Position numbers and translations under genes: made by a program. Below, piece by piece: positions 1 through 12,000 of a stretch of 64,000 nt of DNA (positions are counted from its first letter, which is position 1; each line of letters begins with the position of its first letter). The stretch is from positions 137,868,737 through 137,932,736 of the forward strand of contig NC_052160.1 in the NCBI RefSeq assembly GCF_902713615.1, read 5' to 3'. The stretch comes from Scyliorhinus canicula (Eukaryota). The notes under the pieces are model-generated. The model searched no databases. It was given only the letters and a program-made list of their open reading frames with translations, and was not told the origin of the DNA.

Positions 1-1765
1 CCCTATGTCGTTTAGTGCCATAGATTTAATTTTGTTCTTAACTAACAAGGCAACCCCACCCCCTCGGCCCACCTCCCTGTCTTTTCGATAGGTTGTATAT
101 CCTTGGATGTTTAACTGCCAGTCCTGAACCCCCTGCAGCCATGTCTCTATGATGCCTACCACATCATAATCATTCATGATGATCTGTGCCATTAGTTCGT
201 CTACTTTGTTACAAATGCTACGAGCATTCAGGTAAAGTGCCTTAATGCTAACTTTCTTATCATTACAGATATTGGAAGTCCTAAGATGTCCAAAGTTATC
301 CTTCCTTTCTGTTGCATTCCTAGTCTGCCTCAAGCTTAAATCCACCTGCCTACATGTTATCCTCCTGTGTATCTTGCCATTTAACCCCATGCTCCCTGTC
401 GCTTTCACTTTCCCTTCCCCCCAACTCAGAAGTTTAAAGTCCTACTGACCACCCTATTTATCCTCTTCGCTAGAACACTGGTTCCAGATCGGTTCAGGTG
501 GAGACCATCCCAACGGTACAGATCCCCCCGGTTCCAAAACTGATGCCAATGTCCCATGAAGTGGAATCCCTCTTTCCCACACCAATCCCTTAGCCACGTG
601 TTTACTTCCCTAATTTTCTTATCCCTATACCAATTGGCACGTGGCTCGGGCAGTAATCTGGAGATTATGACCCTTGAGGACCTGTATTTCAATTTTCTTC
701 CTCGTGCTTGATAGTCCCCGAACAGGTCCTCCACCCTAGCTTTACCTATGTTGTTAGTCCCAATGTGGACCACAACAACTGGATCCTCCCCCTCCCGCTC
801 CAATATCCTTTCAAGCCGGTCAGAGATTTCCCGCACCCTGGCACCGGGCAGGCAACACACCATGTGAGACTCCCGATCCGGCTTGCATAGGATACTATCT
901 GTCCCCCTAATTATAGAATCCCCTATAACAACTACTTGTCTTTTTACTCCCCCCTCTTGAATGGCCTTCTGCACCATGGTACCGTGGTCAGCTGGCTCAT
1001 CCTGTCCAGAGCCCTTTTCCTCATCCATACAGGGAGCAAGAGTCTCATACCTGTTGGACAAGGTCAAGGGCTGAGGCTCCTGCACTCCTGAACTCAGGTT
1101 CCCCCTGCCTGCCTCACTTACAGTCACACTCTGAAGTCCCTGATCACTTACTGAATGTGAATTACTTAATCTCCCAGGTGTGACTGCCTCCTGAAACAAA
1201 GTGTCCAGGTAGCTCTCCCCCTCCCGGATGTGCCGCAGTGTTTGAAGCTCAGATTCCAGATCATCAACTCTGAGCCGGAGTTCTTCCAGCAACCAACACT
1301 TGCTGCAGATGTGGTCATTGCCATTCACAAGGGGAACAGCCAGCTCCCACATCATACAGCTACAGCACATCACCTGCCCAGCCATCTCTGATTAGTTAAT
1401 TACTTTATTACTTTGTATAAATTTCCGTTAAAAAAAAAACTTGGATACCTCTGCTATAGTCTTTTCCAACCTAGTTCTGGTTAACAAATAAGAAAAAGAA
1501 AAATAATAATGTAATAAGGCACTCACCTGCTCACCCCAATGGGTCTTATTATTAGGTTAGAGGAGGAGGGCGGGTGGGAGACACTACACGTGTAGTGTCT
1601 CGGGTTTCATCTCCACCAGAATTTATTGACTAGGGAGGGGTAAACCTTCCCAGAAGTCCGCGGGACAAACTTCCTGTTTCCTGCAAAGGTAAGTAATTTA
1701 AACTTACAACTCACCTCCCGACAGGCTCAGCACCTGCCGGTATCCAATGGCTGGCCGCTGCTCCT
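1..1765 (-). mobile_element. CR1-clade LINE, 5' part (5' UTR, ORF1 426-1385, start of endonuclease)
   Basis: ORF1 with CxxC...CxxC zinc finger, coiled coil and SGNH esterase motifs (GDSI, GTNN, DGLH). Confidence 0.9.
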
Positions 1766-1879
1766 GCAATGAAATTTACAAATCTACTCACCAGCTGATA
1801 CTGTCCCAGCTCCCGCCGAAATCCAACTGGCTGTCATGTCCCTCATCTGTTACCTACAATGTTACAGACCAAGAGCGAG

Positions 1880-2440
1880 ATTGCAGAATCAGCCGGAGCA
1901 TCTCCTCCCTGGAATACACGACCTCGGGGCGGGAGTGGGGAATTTACCCTCCTGAGCCCAACACCCTCACTGTGATCGTGGCTGATCCCATCCTGGCCTC
2001 AATTCCACCATCCTGCCCATTCTCCATAACCCTTCCACCTAATTAAAAATCTGTCTAACTCCTCCTTGGACTCGCACACTGGGGTAGCGAATTCCATAGA
2101 TTCACAGCCCTTTGGGAGAAGTTGTTTTTCCTCAAATCTGTTTTCAATTTGCTGCCTCTTATTCTGAGACTATGACCTCTCATTTCAGAATGCCCCACAA
2201 GACTAAGCATCCGCTCCACGTCTACTTTATCCAGACCGTTTAGCACCTTGTATACCTCAATTAGATCTCCCCTCATCCTTCTAAACTCTGGAGAGTGTAA
2301 AGCTAATCTATCCTCATATGACAAACCCCTCATCTCTGGAACCAATCTGGTGAAACTCCTCGCAACTGTCTCCAATCCCACTACATCTTTCCTCAACTAA
2401 CAGGACCAAAACAGTGCACAATACTCCAGGTTTCAGTCTT
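1880..2440 (-). mobile_element. Older CR1 3' fragment (copy at ~58145-58700)
   Basis: RGLSYEDRL...RGHSLRIRG...FSQRAVNLWNSLP, the CR1 ORF2 C-terminus. Confidence 0.8.
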
Positions 2441-2710
2441 ACTAATGCTTCCAAAAGACAGATGGACATACATTTGAAGGGGACCAATGTGCAGGGTTTC
2501 GGGGGGGAGCTGGGGTGTGGGATTAAATTGGACAATAAATTTTCTAAGAGCTGGCACAGACATGACAGGCCGAATGGCCTCCTTCTCTGCTTTAAGGTTC
2601 TAGATTCCAGTCCCACTCAGGATTTGTGTGTGTCCCCTTGTGAAAGGATTGTCTAAAATTCATTGTTGGGATATTTCCAGCTTTCCTAAAACTTAATGTT
2701 TCCCCAACAG

Positions 2711-3040
2711 CTTCACAGACACAGACGGCTCCGATAGTGATGAGAGCTGCAGTGGGAGAAACCATCACAGTGGGATGTCCACAGGCAGAAAGGTACAAAA
2801 GAAACTATGTCATCTGGTGGTGCAGGGCAATTTCGGGAACTCGGTTCAATCATATATCGAGCATTTATGGGCAGACAGTCAGAAATGATTATCGAGGAAC
2901 ATCGATTGCTGATACCAATGGCAAGATTTCAGTAACCATACGACACCTTGAAGAGATAGATACTGGAACATATTGGTGTGGACCAGAAGATAAACACACA
3001 TTCAGTGTTTCAGATGTTATATTGCTGAAGGTTTTCACAG
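2711..3040 (+). CDS. Gene 1 exon: V-set Ig domain D1
   Basis: ccccaacag acceptor, ACA G|gtaag donor, 330 nt phase 1-1; ITVGC...IWWC...DTGTYWCG V-set motifs. Confidence 0.92.
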
Positions 3041-6000
3041 GTAAGAATGTTTCAGAAGATTAATTCTAGCGTTGATAATGTGGTTGGGCTGCAGTAACAC
3101 TGCTGCTGTGTGAGCTCAGACTATGAAAGGATTATCACAGCTCGTTATGTGCAAGTAAAGACCCCCCCCCCCCCATCCTCCTATTTCTCTCCATTTCCAT
3201 TAACCTCTCTAAACATACTTCCACCGTACACATCGACAAACCTAAAATCATATTCCATCCAATGCCTCTTTTTAAAAATTATTTTACGGTATGTTGGCGT
3301 CGCTGGCTAGGCCAGCATTTCTTTTCCTAGAAAATGAGCACGATAAAGGTGCTGGAAAAAGCATCGACCGACCAGAGCGACCAAATGGTCGCCCGGAGGC
3401 TGAACTGAAGAGGTTGCTGGCGACCCAGGGGAGCCGGATGGGGAAGGGTGAGGACCAGGAAAATCAGTCGAGGTGACAGAACATTCGAATAGTGGACCTG
3501 CCGGAGGGAATCGAGGGCAGGGACTCGACCGACTACATGGCTCAAATTCTGGGCACCCTAGTGAGGAGTGACAGCTTCCGCAAGCCACCGGAGATTGACA
3601 GGGGTCACAGGTCACTCAGACCAACGCCCAAGGCAGAGTGGCAGCCGAGAGCGGTCATAGCCAAGCTGCAGAAGTACCAGGGCCGGGAAAGGATCCTTTA
3701 CTGGGTCAGACAGTCAAAGTCATGTAACTGGGAGGGACATGAAATCAGAATCTACCAGGACTATGGGGCGGACTTGGCAAAGCACTGGCGGAATTTAATC
3801 AGGGCAAAGTCGGCCCTATATAAAATCAAAGTCAGATTTGAGATGTTATTCCCAGCCAGACTCTGGGTTACATATTAGGGTGAGGAACATTATTTTACTG
3901 ACCTGCAGAGGCGGACAAGTCCATCCGTAAGATCCGTTTGGACAGACAGCAGAGAGGCAGCGATGAGGCAGACACAGAGGAAGCGGAGGAAGCCAATGGA
4001 GAATTTTGGACGGGGCTACATCACCTCGCGGTGAACAGGGGAACCAGCTCATGGGAAGGAGAGGGCGAGGGCACCATAGAGCAGGAGAGGGTGAGGAGGA
4101 AATAGCAGGGTCATCAGCAGAGCGGGTGTGGGGGTGGGTAAGATGTACCCTGGGAGGGGAGGGGACACCATACCAGCAGGAAAGGCAGCAGCAGGAACTA
4201 TGAGGGAGAGGGGGGCAGCGGCACATGTCCCAGGAGACAGCATGTGGCGGGGTGGGGGTGCGGGGGAAGACACGGCGTCGAGGGGCGGGGGAGTTAGACA
4301 GAAGAGGAGGGAGGTGGGGGTTGAGGGTAGGGGGGTCTCAGCGAGGGGAGGAAACAAAACCACAGGGGGAACAAAACGGTAAGAGTGGAAAGGCTCTAGA
4401 CTGGCTTCAGCAGGTTGATGCACGATCAATTGAACAAAGACTAGAATTGGATACAACTGAGGCTTTATTGCTCTAAGATGTGTGGCCTCCCACAGCAGAT
4501 GGCAAAATGGCTGCCACATGGAGGACACACATATTTATACTCCGTCTACTGGATGGAGCCAGCAGGCAGGGACTACCAACATACCTGTAGTACAGGTCCT
4601 ACCATAAATCACCTAATAGAGGTGCAACAGTGGTTTACCACAAGGTGGTGTGTGTTTGAGGTGCAGAAGTCGGGGGTGGAGAGAGCCATCGTCGGGGATC
4701 TGGGCTCAAGGTTTGGTGGCATCTTTTGCGGCCTCTAGACTCGGCCCGAGATGAGGATGAGAGGGATGTTGGCCCGAGGCCAGAAATGGGTGAGGGTGGT
4801 GGGGAGAGATTCTTTGGATTATTTGATATGGGGGAAGGAGGTGGGGGGTAGTATCGAAAACTAGACTCTGTGTAAGATTCAGAACACAAAATACAGGTTA
4901 ACTTCAACAGTTCATTTATTTACTTGCAGCAAGGGGGGACTGCACCGAAGCAAAGATTAGGGTGTGAATCTGAAGTATAACAGTTTTCCTGGGATATTTA
5001 TACACTGGAGTAAACAAGTAACACATGCCTTAAAATCCCTGACTCAGCTTAAAATCCTAAAAGACCAACATTTAACTTGAAATTGTGACTCCTACTATGC
5101 CAAGATGCACTCAAGCTGTATCGACAATGTATCAATACATTCCTATGACAATGTGGGGAAACAGATGGATAGAGATAAGGAAGTGACACTACAATACTCA
5201 GGAAAGGGGACTCTCCGACCTATTCTTGCCCCCTCAGCAGTATTGTGAGCCCACCACAAAGATGGCCAAGCATCCCATCATGCACTGGTTACTGTGGGTC
5301 GACACTATGTTAGATTGACTGAAGACCTATGTCTAACCTGACCAGCCTATACTGCTAGCACATGGTGAAGGTTTGTGCTACTGACTGCGAGCTCTGTCTG
5401 GCTCAGAGGCTGCATCCCCAATGAGCGGGAAAACTAGTGCCCTCTGGCTTTATAGTGAGCGTGCCCTAACTGGTGATTGGCTGCTGTGTTGTGTGTGTTG
5501 ATTGGTCTTGCAGTGTCCCAGTCAGTGTGTATCTCTGCACCATCATACACTGATGTGTATATTATGACATCCACCCTTTTTTTTTAAATGTGTGTTTGTG
5601 GCAATAAATAATGTATGATGTGAATGTTCCTAACTATGTGTGGCATATGTGAGCATATTTACTAGATTATGTATAGAAACTCTAAGATATTTAGATTGGA
5701 AGGTGTCTAGTGCAGATGGACAGTATGTAACAGACAAATAACTAGAACAACAGTATGTACAAACCAGTGAGTTAATCAAACAGGGCAAAGAAACAATCAG
5801 TTCATGAGTTCAGAGAGTCCATGAATTCAGGCAGTTCATAAATTTAGTCTCTGAGGTGGGCGACGAATTCTGGTTGACCGCCTCAAGGGTGGGTCAGGGG
5901 CCGCCTGTTCTGGAATGGGTTGGACTGTAGCAGACTCAGAAGGTGGCAGAGCGAAAGAGAGATCTGCAAAGTCCGTAACGGGTTTGTCGTGATGGCGAGG

Positions 6001-9000
6001 CAGTACATGATGATCTGGTGGCGAGTGAGGAAGGAGTCGTAGTGCCCGCCTATTTCGGCGCAGAAGAGAGCTGTCTGGTAGACGAACCAAAAATGACCTG
6101 GGGGCCACTTGTCTGAGCACCACAGCAGTGGCGGACCAGCCACCATCTGGAAGTTGGACACAGACGTCATCATCAGGAGCCAGAGCAGGGAGATCCGTGA
6201 CACGGGTGTCGTAGGCTGATTTCTGTTGGGCCAGAGACAGCTGCATTCGGCGAAGGACTGGAACGTTGTCCAAGTCCGGGTCATGAATGGCCAGCGCCAT
6301 TGCCCGCAGCGTGCGATTCATCAATAATTGAGCCGGTGACAGGCCGGTGGACAATGGAGCGGATCTGTAAGCAAGCAGGGCGAGGTAAAAATCAGATCCT
6401 GCATCAGCCGCCTTGCACAGGAGTTGTTTTACGATGTGCACCCCCTTTTCAGCTTTGCCTTTGGACTGGTGGTAATGGGGACTGGACGTGACATGTGTGC
6501 AGTTGTATCGTTTGGCAAAGTTGGACCACTCCTGACTGGCAAAACATGGGCCATTGTCGGACATGACCGTGAGCGGGATGCCATGGCGAGCGAAGGTTTC
6601 CTTGCACGCACGGGTAACCGCTGTCGACGTGAGGTCGTGTAGCCTAACTACCTCCGGGTAGTTCGAGAAATAGTCCACTATGAGGACGTAGTCCCGGCCA
6701 AGCGGATGGAACAGGTCGATGCCCACTTTGGTCCAGAGGGACGTGACAAACTAATGGGGTTGCAAGGTCTCCCTTGGCTGAGCAGGCTGGAATCGCTGGC
6801 ATGTTGGGCAGTTGAGAATGGCGTTGGCTATGTCCTCGTTGATTCCAGGCCAGTACACTGCTTCACGGGCCCGTCGGCGGCATTTCTCCACTCCCAGGTG
6901 GCCCTCATGGAGCTGCTCAAGGACGAGGTTGCGCATGCTGTGCGGTATGACGATCCTGTCCAATTTGAGTAGAATTCCATCTACCACCGCCAGGTCCTCT
7001 TTAACGTTATAGAATTGAGGGCATTGGCCCTTGAGCTAACCGTCTGTCAGGTGGCGCATGACACGTTGGAGCAGGGGATCGTCGGCCATCTCACGACAAT
7101 TCTGGATGAGTTGTTCATCCGTGGCGGGCAGATTGGATGCGGCGAATGCCACATGAGCATCAATCTGGCACACGAAGCCCGCTGGGTCGCAGGATGTGGT
7201 GACAGATCGGGAGAGTGCATCGGCAACGGTGAGCCCCTTACCCGGGGTGTAGACGAGCTCGAAGTCGTACCGCCTGAGTTTAAGGAGAATGTGCTGCAGG
7301 CGCGGCGTCGTGTCGTTAAAGTCTTCTTGAATGATATTGACCAGTGGCCTGTGGTCTGTCTCGACTGTGAACTTTGGAAGTCCATTGACATAGTCATGGA
7401 ATTTGACGACTCCGGCAAGAAGGCCCAGGCACTCTTTTTCAATTTGCGCATAGCACTGTTCGGTGGGCGTCATTGGATTGGATTGGATTGGATTGGATTT
7501 GTTTATTGTCACGTGTACCGAGGTACAGTGAAAAGTATTTTTATGCAAGCAGCTCAACAGATCATTCAGTACATGGAAGAAAAGGGAATTAAACAAAATT
7601 CAAGAAAAGACAAGAAAATACATAATAGGGCAACACAAGATATACAATGTAACTACATAAGCATTGGCATCGGATGAAGCATACAGGGTGTAGTGTTAAT
7701 GAGGTCAGTCAATAAGAGGGTCATTTAGGAGTCTGGTGACAGTGGGGAAGAAGCTGTTTTTGAGTCTGTTCGTGCGTGTTCTCAGACTCCTGTATCTCCT
7801 GCCCGATGGAAGAAGTTGGAAGAGTGAGTAAGCCGGGTGGGAGGGATCCTTGATTATGCTGCCCGCTTTCCCCCGGCAGCGGGAGGTGTAGATGGAGTCA
7901 ATGGGTGGGAGGCAGGTTCGTGTGATGGACTGGGCGGTATTCACGACTCTCTGAAATTCCTTGCGGTCCTGGGCCGAGCAGTTGCCATACCAGGCTGTGA
8001 TGCAGCCCGATAGGATGCTTTCTATAGTGCATCTGTAAAAGTTGGTAAGGATTAATGTGGACATGCCAAATTTCCTTAGTTTCCTGAGGAAGTATAGGCG
8101 CTGTTGTGCTTTCTTGGTGATAGCGTCGACGTGGGCGGACCAGGACAGATTTTTGGTGATGTGCACCCCTAGGAATTTGAAACTGCTAACCATCTCCACC
8201 TCGGCCCCGTTGATGCTTGGGGTGAATGTGATTCACACTATATATAGTTGCCAATATCACTCCATGTATATATGTTCATTATCTACCCGTTGTAAGAGCA
8301 ATGCTGTATATAGTTGCCAAAATAACTCCGTGTATATATGTTCACTATCCACCATTGTAAGTGCATTTGCACTATCCGACCGTCAGGGGGAGTCGCTCTG
8401 GGAGTACGCGAGAGTTTGTACTGGGCTCCTCCCTTGGCTCCGCCCAGGACTCCTCCCCCTGGGGCCGACGTATAAAGGCAAGTGCCTTAGAGCCAGCCTG
8501 CCAGTTCATCTGAAGTTCAGCGACGAATAGGCTGGCTCTGTTGTAAGTGTATTAAAGCCTCTGTTCAGATCCAACTACACATGTTCGCTGAATTGATGGT
8601 TCCATCAATTTAAGAAACGCTGCGGCCTATGCTCAGGCTCTGCCCCCTCCCACCACGTGTGATCCATGGGGGCCGCCATCTTGGCAAACCTCCACCATGC
8701 GGCCGGCCATGTGCGATTCATGGGGGCCACCATCTTGGACGCCATCTTCATCACCACTCTCCACGTGCGATCCACGGGCCCTAGCTGCATCCCCAGACTC
8801 AAACAGCTCATCAGAGGAGTACGACCTCCCCGAGCAGTCACCACATGGCCCGCAACTCAGCGCAGTGTTCCTGCATCAAGCTCGCCAGAACGCAGCGGCA
8901 TCTACTCGACAGGACACCCGATCGGAAGAATTCGACTCCCCCTGGCACCCAACACGCGGCCCGCAACTCAACGCGGTCACCCTCGACCAATCTCGCCCCT

Positions 9001-12000
9001 AGCATCTGAGAAATTCGATGACGGAGGCCCAGATCAACGGGTACAACACATCGTGCCTCTTCGACTCCGGGAGCACAGAGAGCTTCATACACCCAGAGCT
9101 GGTAAGACGCTGTTCACTCCCTATTTATCCCGTCAACCAAACTATCGCCCTCGCTTCGGGCTCCCATTCCATCCAAATCCAAGGCCGCACTACAGCAACG
9201 CTAACGATTCGAGGCGCTAGCTATTCTAAATTTAAACTGTATGTCTTGCCCGACCTCTGCGCGCCACTCCTCTTAGGCTTGGATTTCCCATGTAATCTCA
9301 AGAGTCTCACCCTCAGCTTCGGCGGGCCCCTGCCCCCACTCACTATCTGCAGCCTCGCCACGCTGCGCATCGCCCCCCCCTCCTCTCTTCGCCAACCTCA
9401 CCCTGGATTGCAAACCGGTAGCCACCCACAGCAGCCGGTACATCCTGCAGGATAGGGTATTTATCAGAACGGAGGTCCGAAGGCTGCTCAGTGAGGGGAT
9501 CATAGAGGCCAGAAACAGTCCCTGTAGTGGTGGTCGTCAAGACCGGGGAAAAATTCCGCATGGTCGTCGACTATAGCCAGGCCATCAATCGCTTTACGCT
9601 CCTAGATGCGTATCCCCTCCCCAGAATTGCAGACATGGTTAATCAGATCGCCCAATATCGGGTATTTTCCACGGTGGATCTGAAGTCTGCATACCACCAG
9701 CTCCCAATCCGCCCGGAGGACCGCCACTACACGGCGTTCGAGGCCGTTGGCCGCCTCTTCCATTTCCTCCGGGTTCCCTTTGGCGTCACTATCGGGGTTT
9801 CGGGGTTTCGGTGTTCCAACGAGCAATGGACCGAATGGTAGACCAGTACGGGCTGCGGGCCACATTTCCGTATCTGGATAATGTTACCATCTGCGGCCAT
9901 GACCAGCAGGACCACGACGCCAACCTCCATTGTTTTCTCCAGACGGCCCAAAAAGTAAACCTTGCATATAACAAGGAGAAATGCGTGTTCTGCACAAACA
10001 GACTAGCCACCCTCGGCTACGTCGTGGAGAACGGAGTCCTGGGTCCAGACCCGGACCGAATACCCCTCCCCCATGACCCCAAGGCCCTCAAACGGTGCTT
10101 GGGGCTCTTTTCGTACTACACCCAGTGGGTCCCCCAATATGCGGACAAAGCCCACCCATTCTTCAAGGCCACACTATTTCCCCTGTCTGCTGAGGCGCGC
10201 CAGGCCTTCAGCTGCATCAGGGACGACATCGCCAAAGCAGCCATGCGGGCGGTGGATGAATCCACTCCCTTTCAGGTTGTGAGTGACGCCTCAGAGATAG
10301 CGCCAGCAGCCACTTTAAACCAAGCAGGGCGGCCCGTTGCATTTTTCTCCCATACCCTATCCGCTTCAGAACTCCGACACTCCTCAGTCGAGAAGGAAGC
10401 ACAAGCCATCGTGGAGGCTATCCGACACTGGGGGCACTACATCGCAGGGAGGAGGTTCACCCTCATTACCGACCAACGGTCGGTCGCCTTCATGTTCGAC
10501 AACTCGCAAAGGGGCAAAATTAAAAATGACAAAATTCTTCGGTGGAGGATTGAACTCTCCACCTACAATTACGATATCAAATATCGACTGGGGAAGCTCA
10601 ATGAGCCCTCGGATGCCCTATCCCGCGGGACATGCGCCAGCGCGCAAATCAGCCACCTAAAAGCCATCCACAATGACCTCTGCCACCCAGGGGTCACCCG
10701 GCTCGCCCACTACATCAGAGCCCGAAACCTGCCTTTCTCCAACGAGGAGGTAAAAGCGGTCACCAGGGACTGCCCGATCTGTGCGGAGTGCAAACTGCAC
10801 TTCTATAGACCAGACAGGGCCCACCTGGTCAATGCTTCTAGGCCCTTTGAACGCCTTGCGATCGATTTCAAAGGGCCACTCCCCTCCACTAACAAAAACA
10901 TTTACTTCCTCAACATTATTGACGAGTTCTCCCGATTCCCCTTCACCATCCCATGCCCCGACATGACCTCCCACACAGTCATTAGGGCCCTGCATAGCGT
11001 CTTCACCCTGTTCGGTTTCCCCAGCTACGTGCACAGCGACCGGGGTTCGTCCTTTATGAGTGACGAGCTGCGTCAGTACCTGCTCGACAAGGGCATCGCC
11101 TCGAGCAGGACTACCAGCTACAACCCCAGGGGGAACGGACAGGTGGAGAGGGAGAACGCGACGCTCTGGAAGACCGTCCTACTGACCCTCAGGTCCAGGA
11201 AACTCCAAGTTTCCCAATGGCAGGAAGTCCTTCCTGACGCGCTCCACGCAATTAGATCCCTCCTGTGTACAGCTATCAACCAAACCCCCCACTAGCGGCT
11301 CTTCATTTTTTCCAGGGGCACTACCACAGAGGTCTCACTTCCGGCATGGCTGTGGACGCCAGGCCCGGTTCTCCTAAGGAAGCACGTCAGGGCGCACAAG
11401 ACCGACCTCATTGTTGAAAAGGTGCGCCTGCTTCATTCCAACCCACAGTACGCATTTGTTGAGTTCCCGGACGGTCGCCAGGACACAGTATCCCTCTGGG
11501 ACCTGGCACCCGCTGGATCTAGCCCCCCATCTACCCCCACCGAGGAACTCCTTTCCCCGTTCCCTATGCGTCCGCCCTCTTGCGCCCCCGAATCTGCGAG
11601 CTCACCCCACCAGTCCCGAGCGCCAGCACCAGCCCGCCCCCCGCGCTCCCACCTCCATTCGACCAGGAGGTGTATGAGGCTCGGACAAGACTCGCACCGG
11701 AGCCGGCAACCGTACCCCAGACCTCGACGCCCGCCCAGCCACCGCAAGAGGCTGCAACCCCGGTGCTCCGCAGATCAAAACGGACAATTTTTCCACCGGA
11801 CAGACTGACTCTTTGAGCCATCACCCCCGCCGGACTTGATTTTTTTTAACAGGGGGTGAATGTGGTGAATGTGATTCACACTATATATAGTTGCCAATAT
11901 CACTCCATGTATATATGTTCGTTATCTACCCGTTGTAAGATCAATGCTGTATATAGTTGCCAATATAACCCCGTGTATATATGTTCACTATCCACCATTG

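Larger units (their letters stand above)
1..7743. repeat. Segmental direct duplication, copy A (copy B = 56265-64000); period ~56.26 kb
   Basis: Window start ccctatgtcg matches 56265; window end matches 7743; duplicated ORFs are near-identical in the track. Confidence 0.95.

Noticed and set aside
426-1385. Host or horizontally acquired SGNH hydrolase gene
   Set aside because: It is CR1 ORF1, directly upstream of the CR1 endonuclease/RT in the fuller copy at 53389-58029
2766-2803. RSS-like CACAGTG + 22 nt + ACAAAAGAA inside D1, suggesting RAG rearrangement
   Set aside because: Nonamer only 6/9 (5/9 in gene 2); it lies at the B strand within coding sequence (ITVG...YKR), not at the V end; D1 exons are complete with their own G strand; no D/J segments or opposing RSS seen
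5836-6726. Domesticated integrase gene (intact 296-aa ORF present twice)
   Set aside because: Sits in place in a decayed Gypsy, with the upstream zinc-finger part cut off by a stop; the second copy is explained by the segmental duplication
7015-7677. 220-aa + strand ORF and similar antisense ORFs over TE genes
   Set aside because: Shadow frame spanning a Gypsy/Rex junction on the opposite strand
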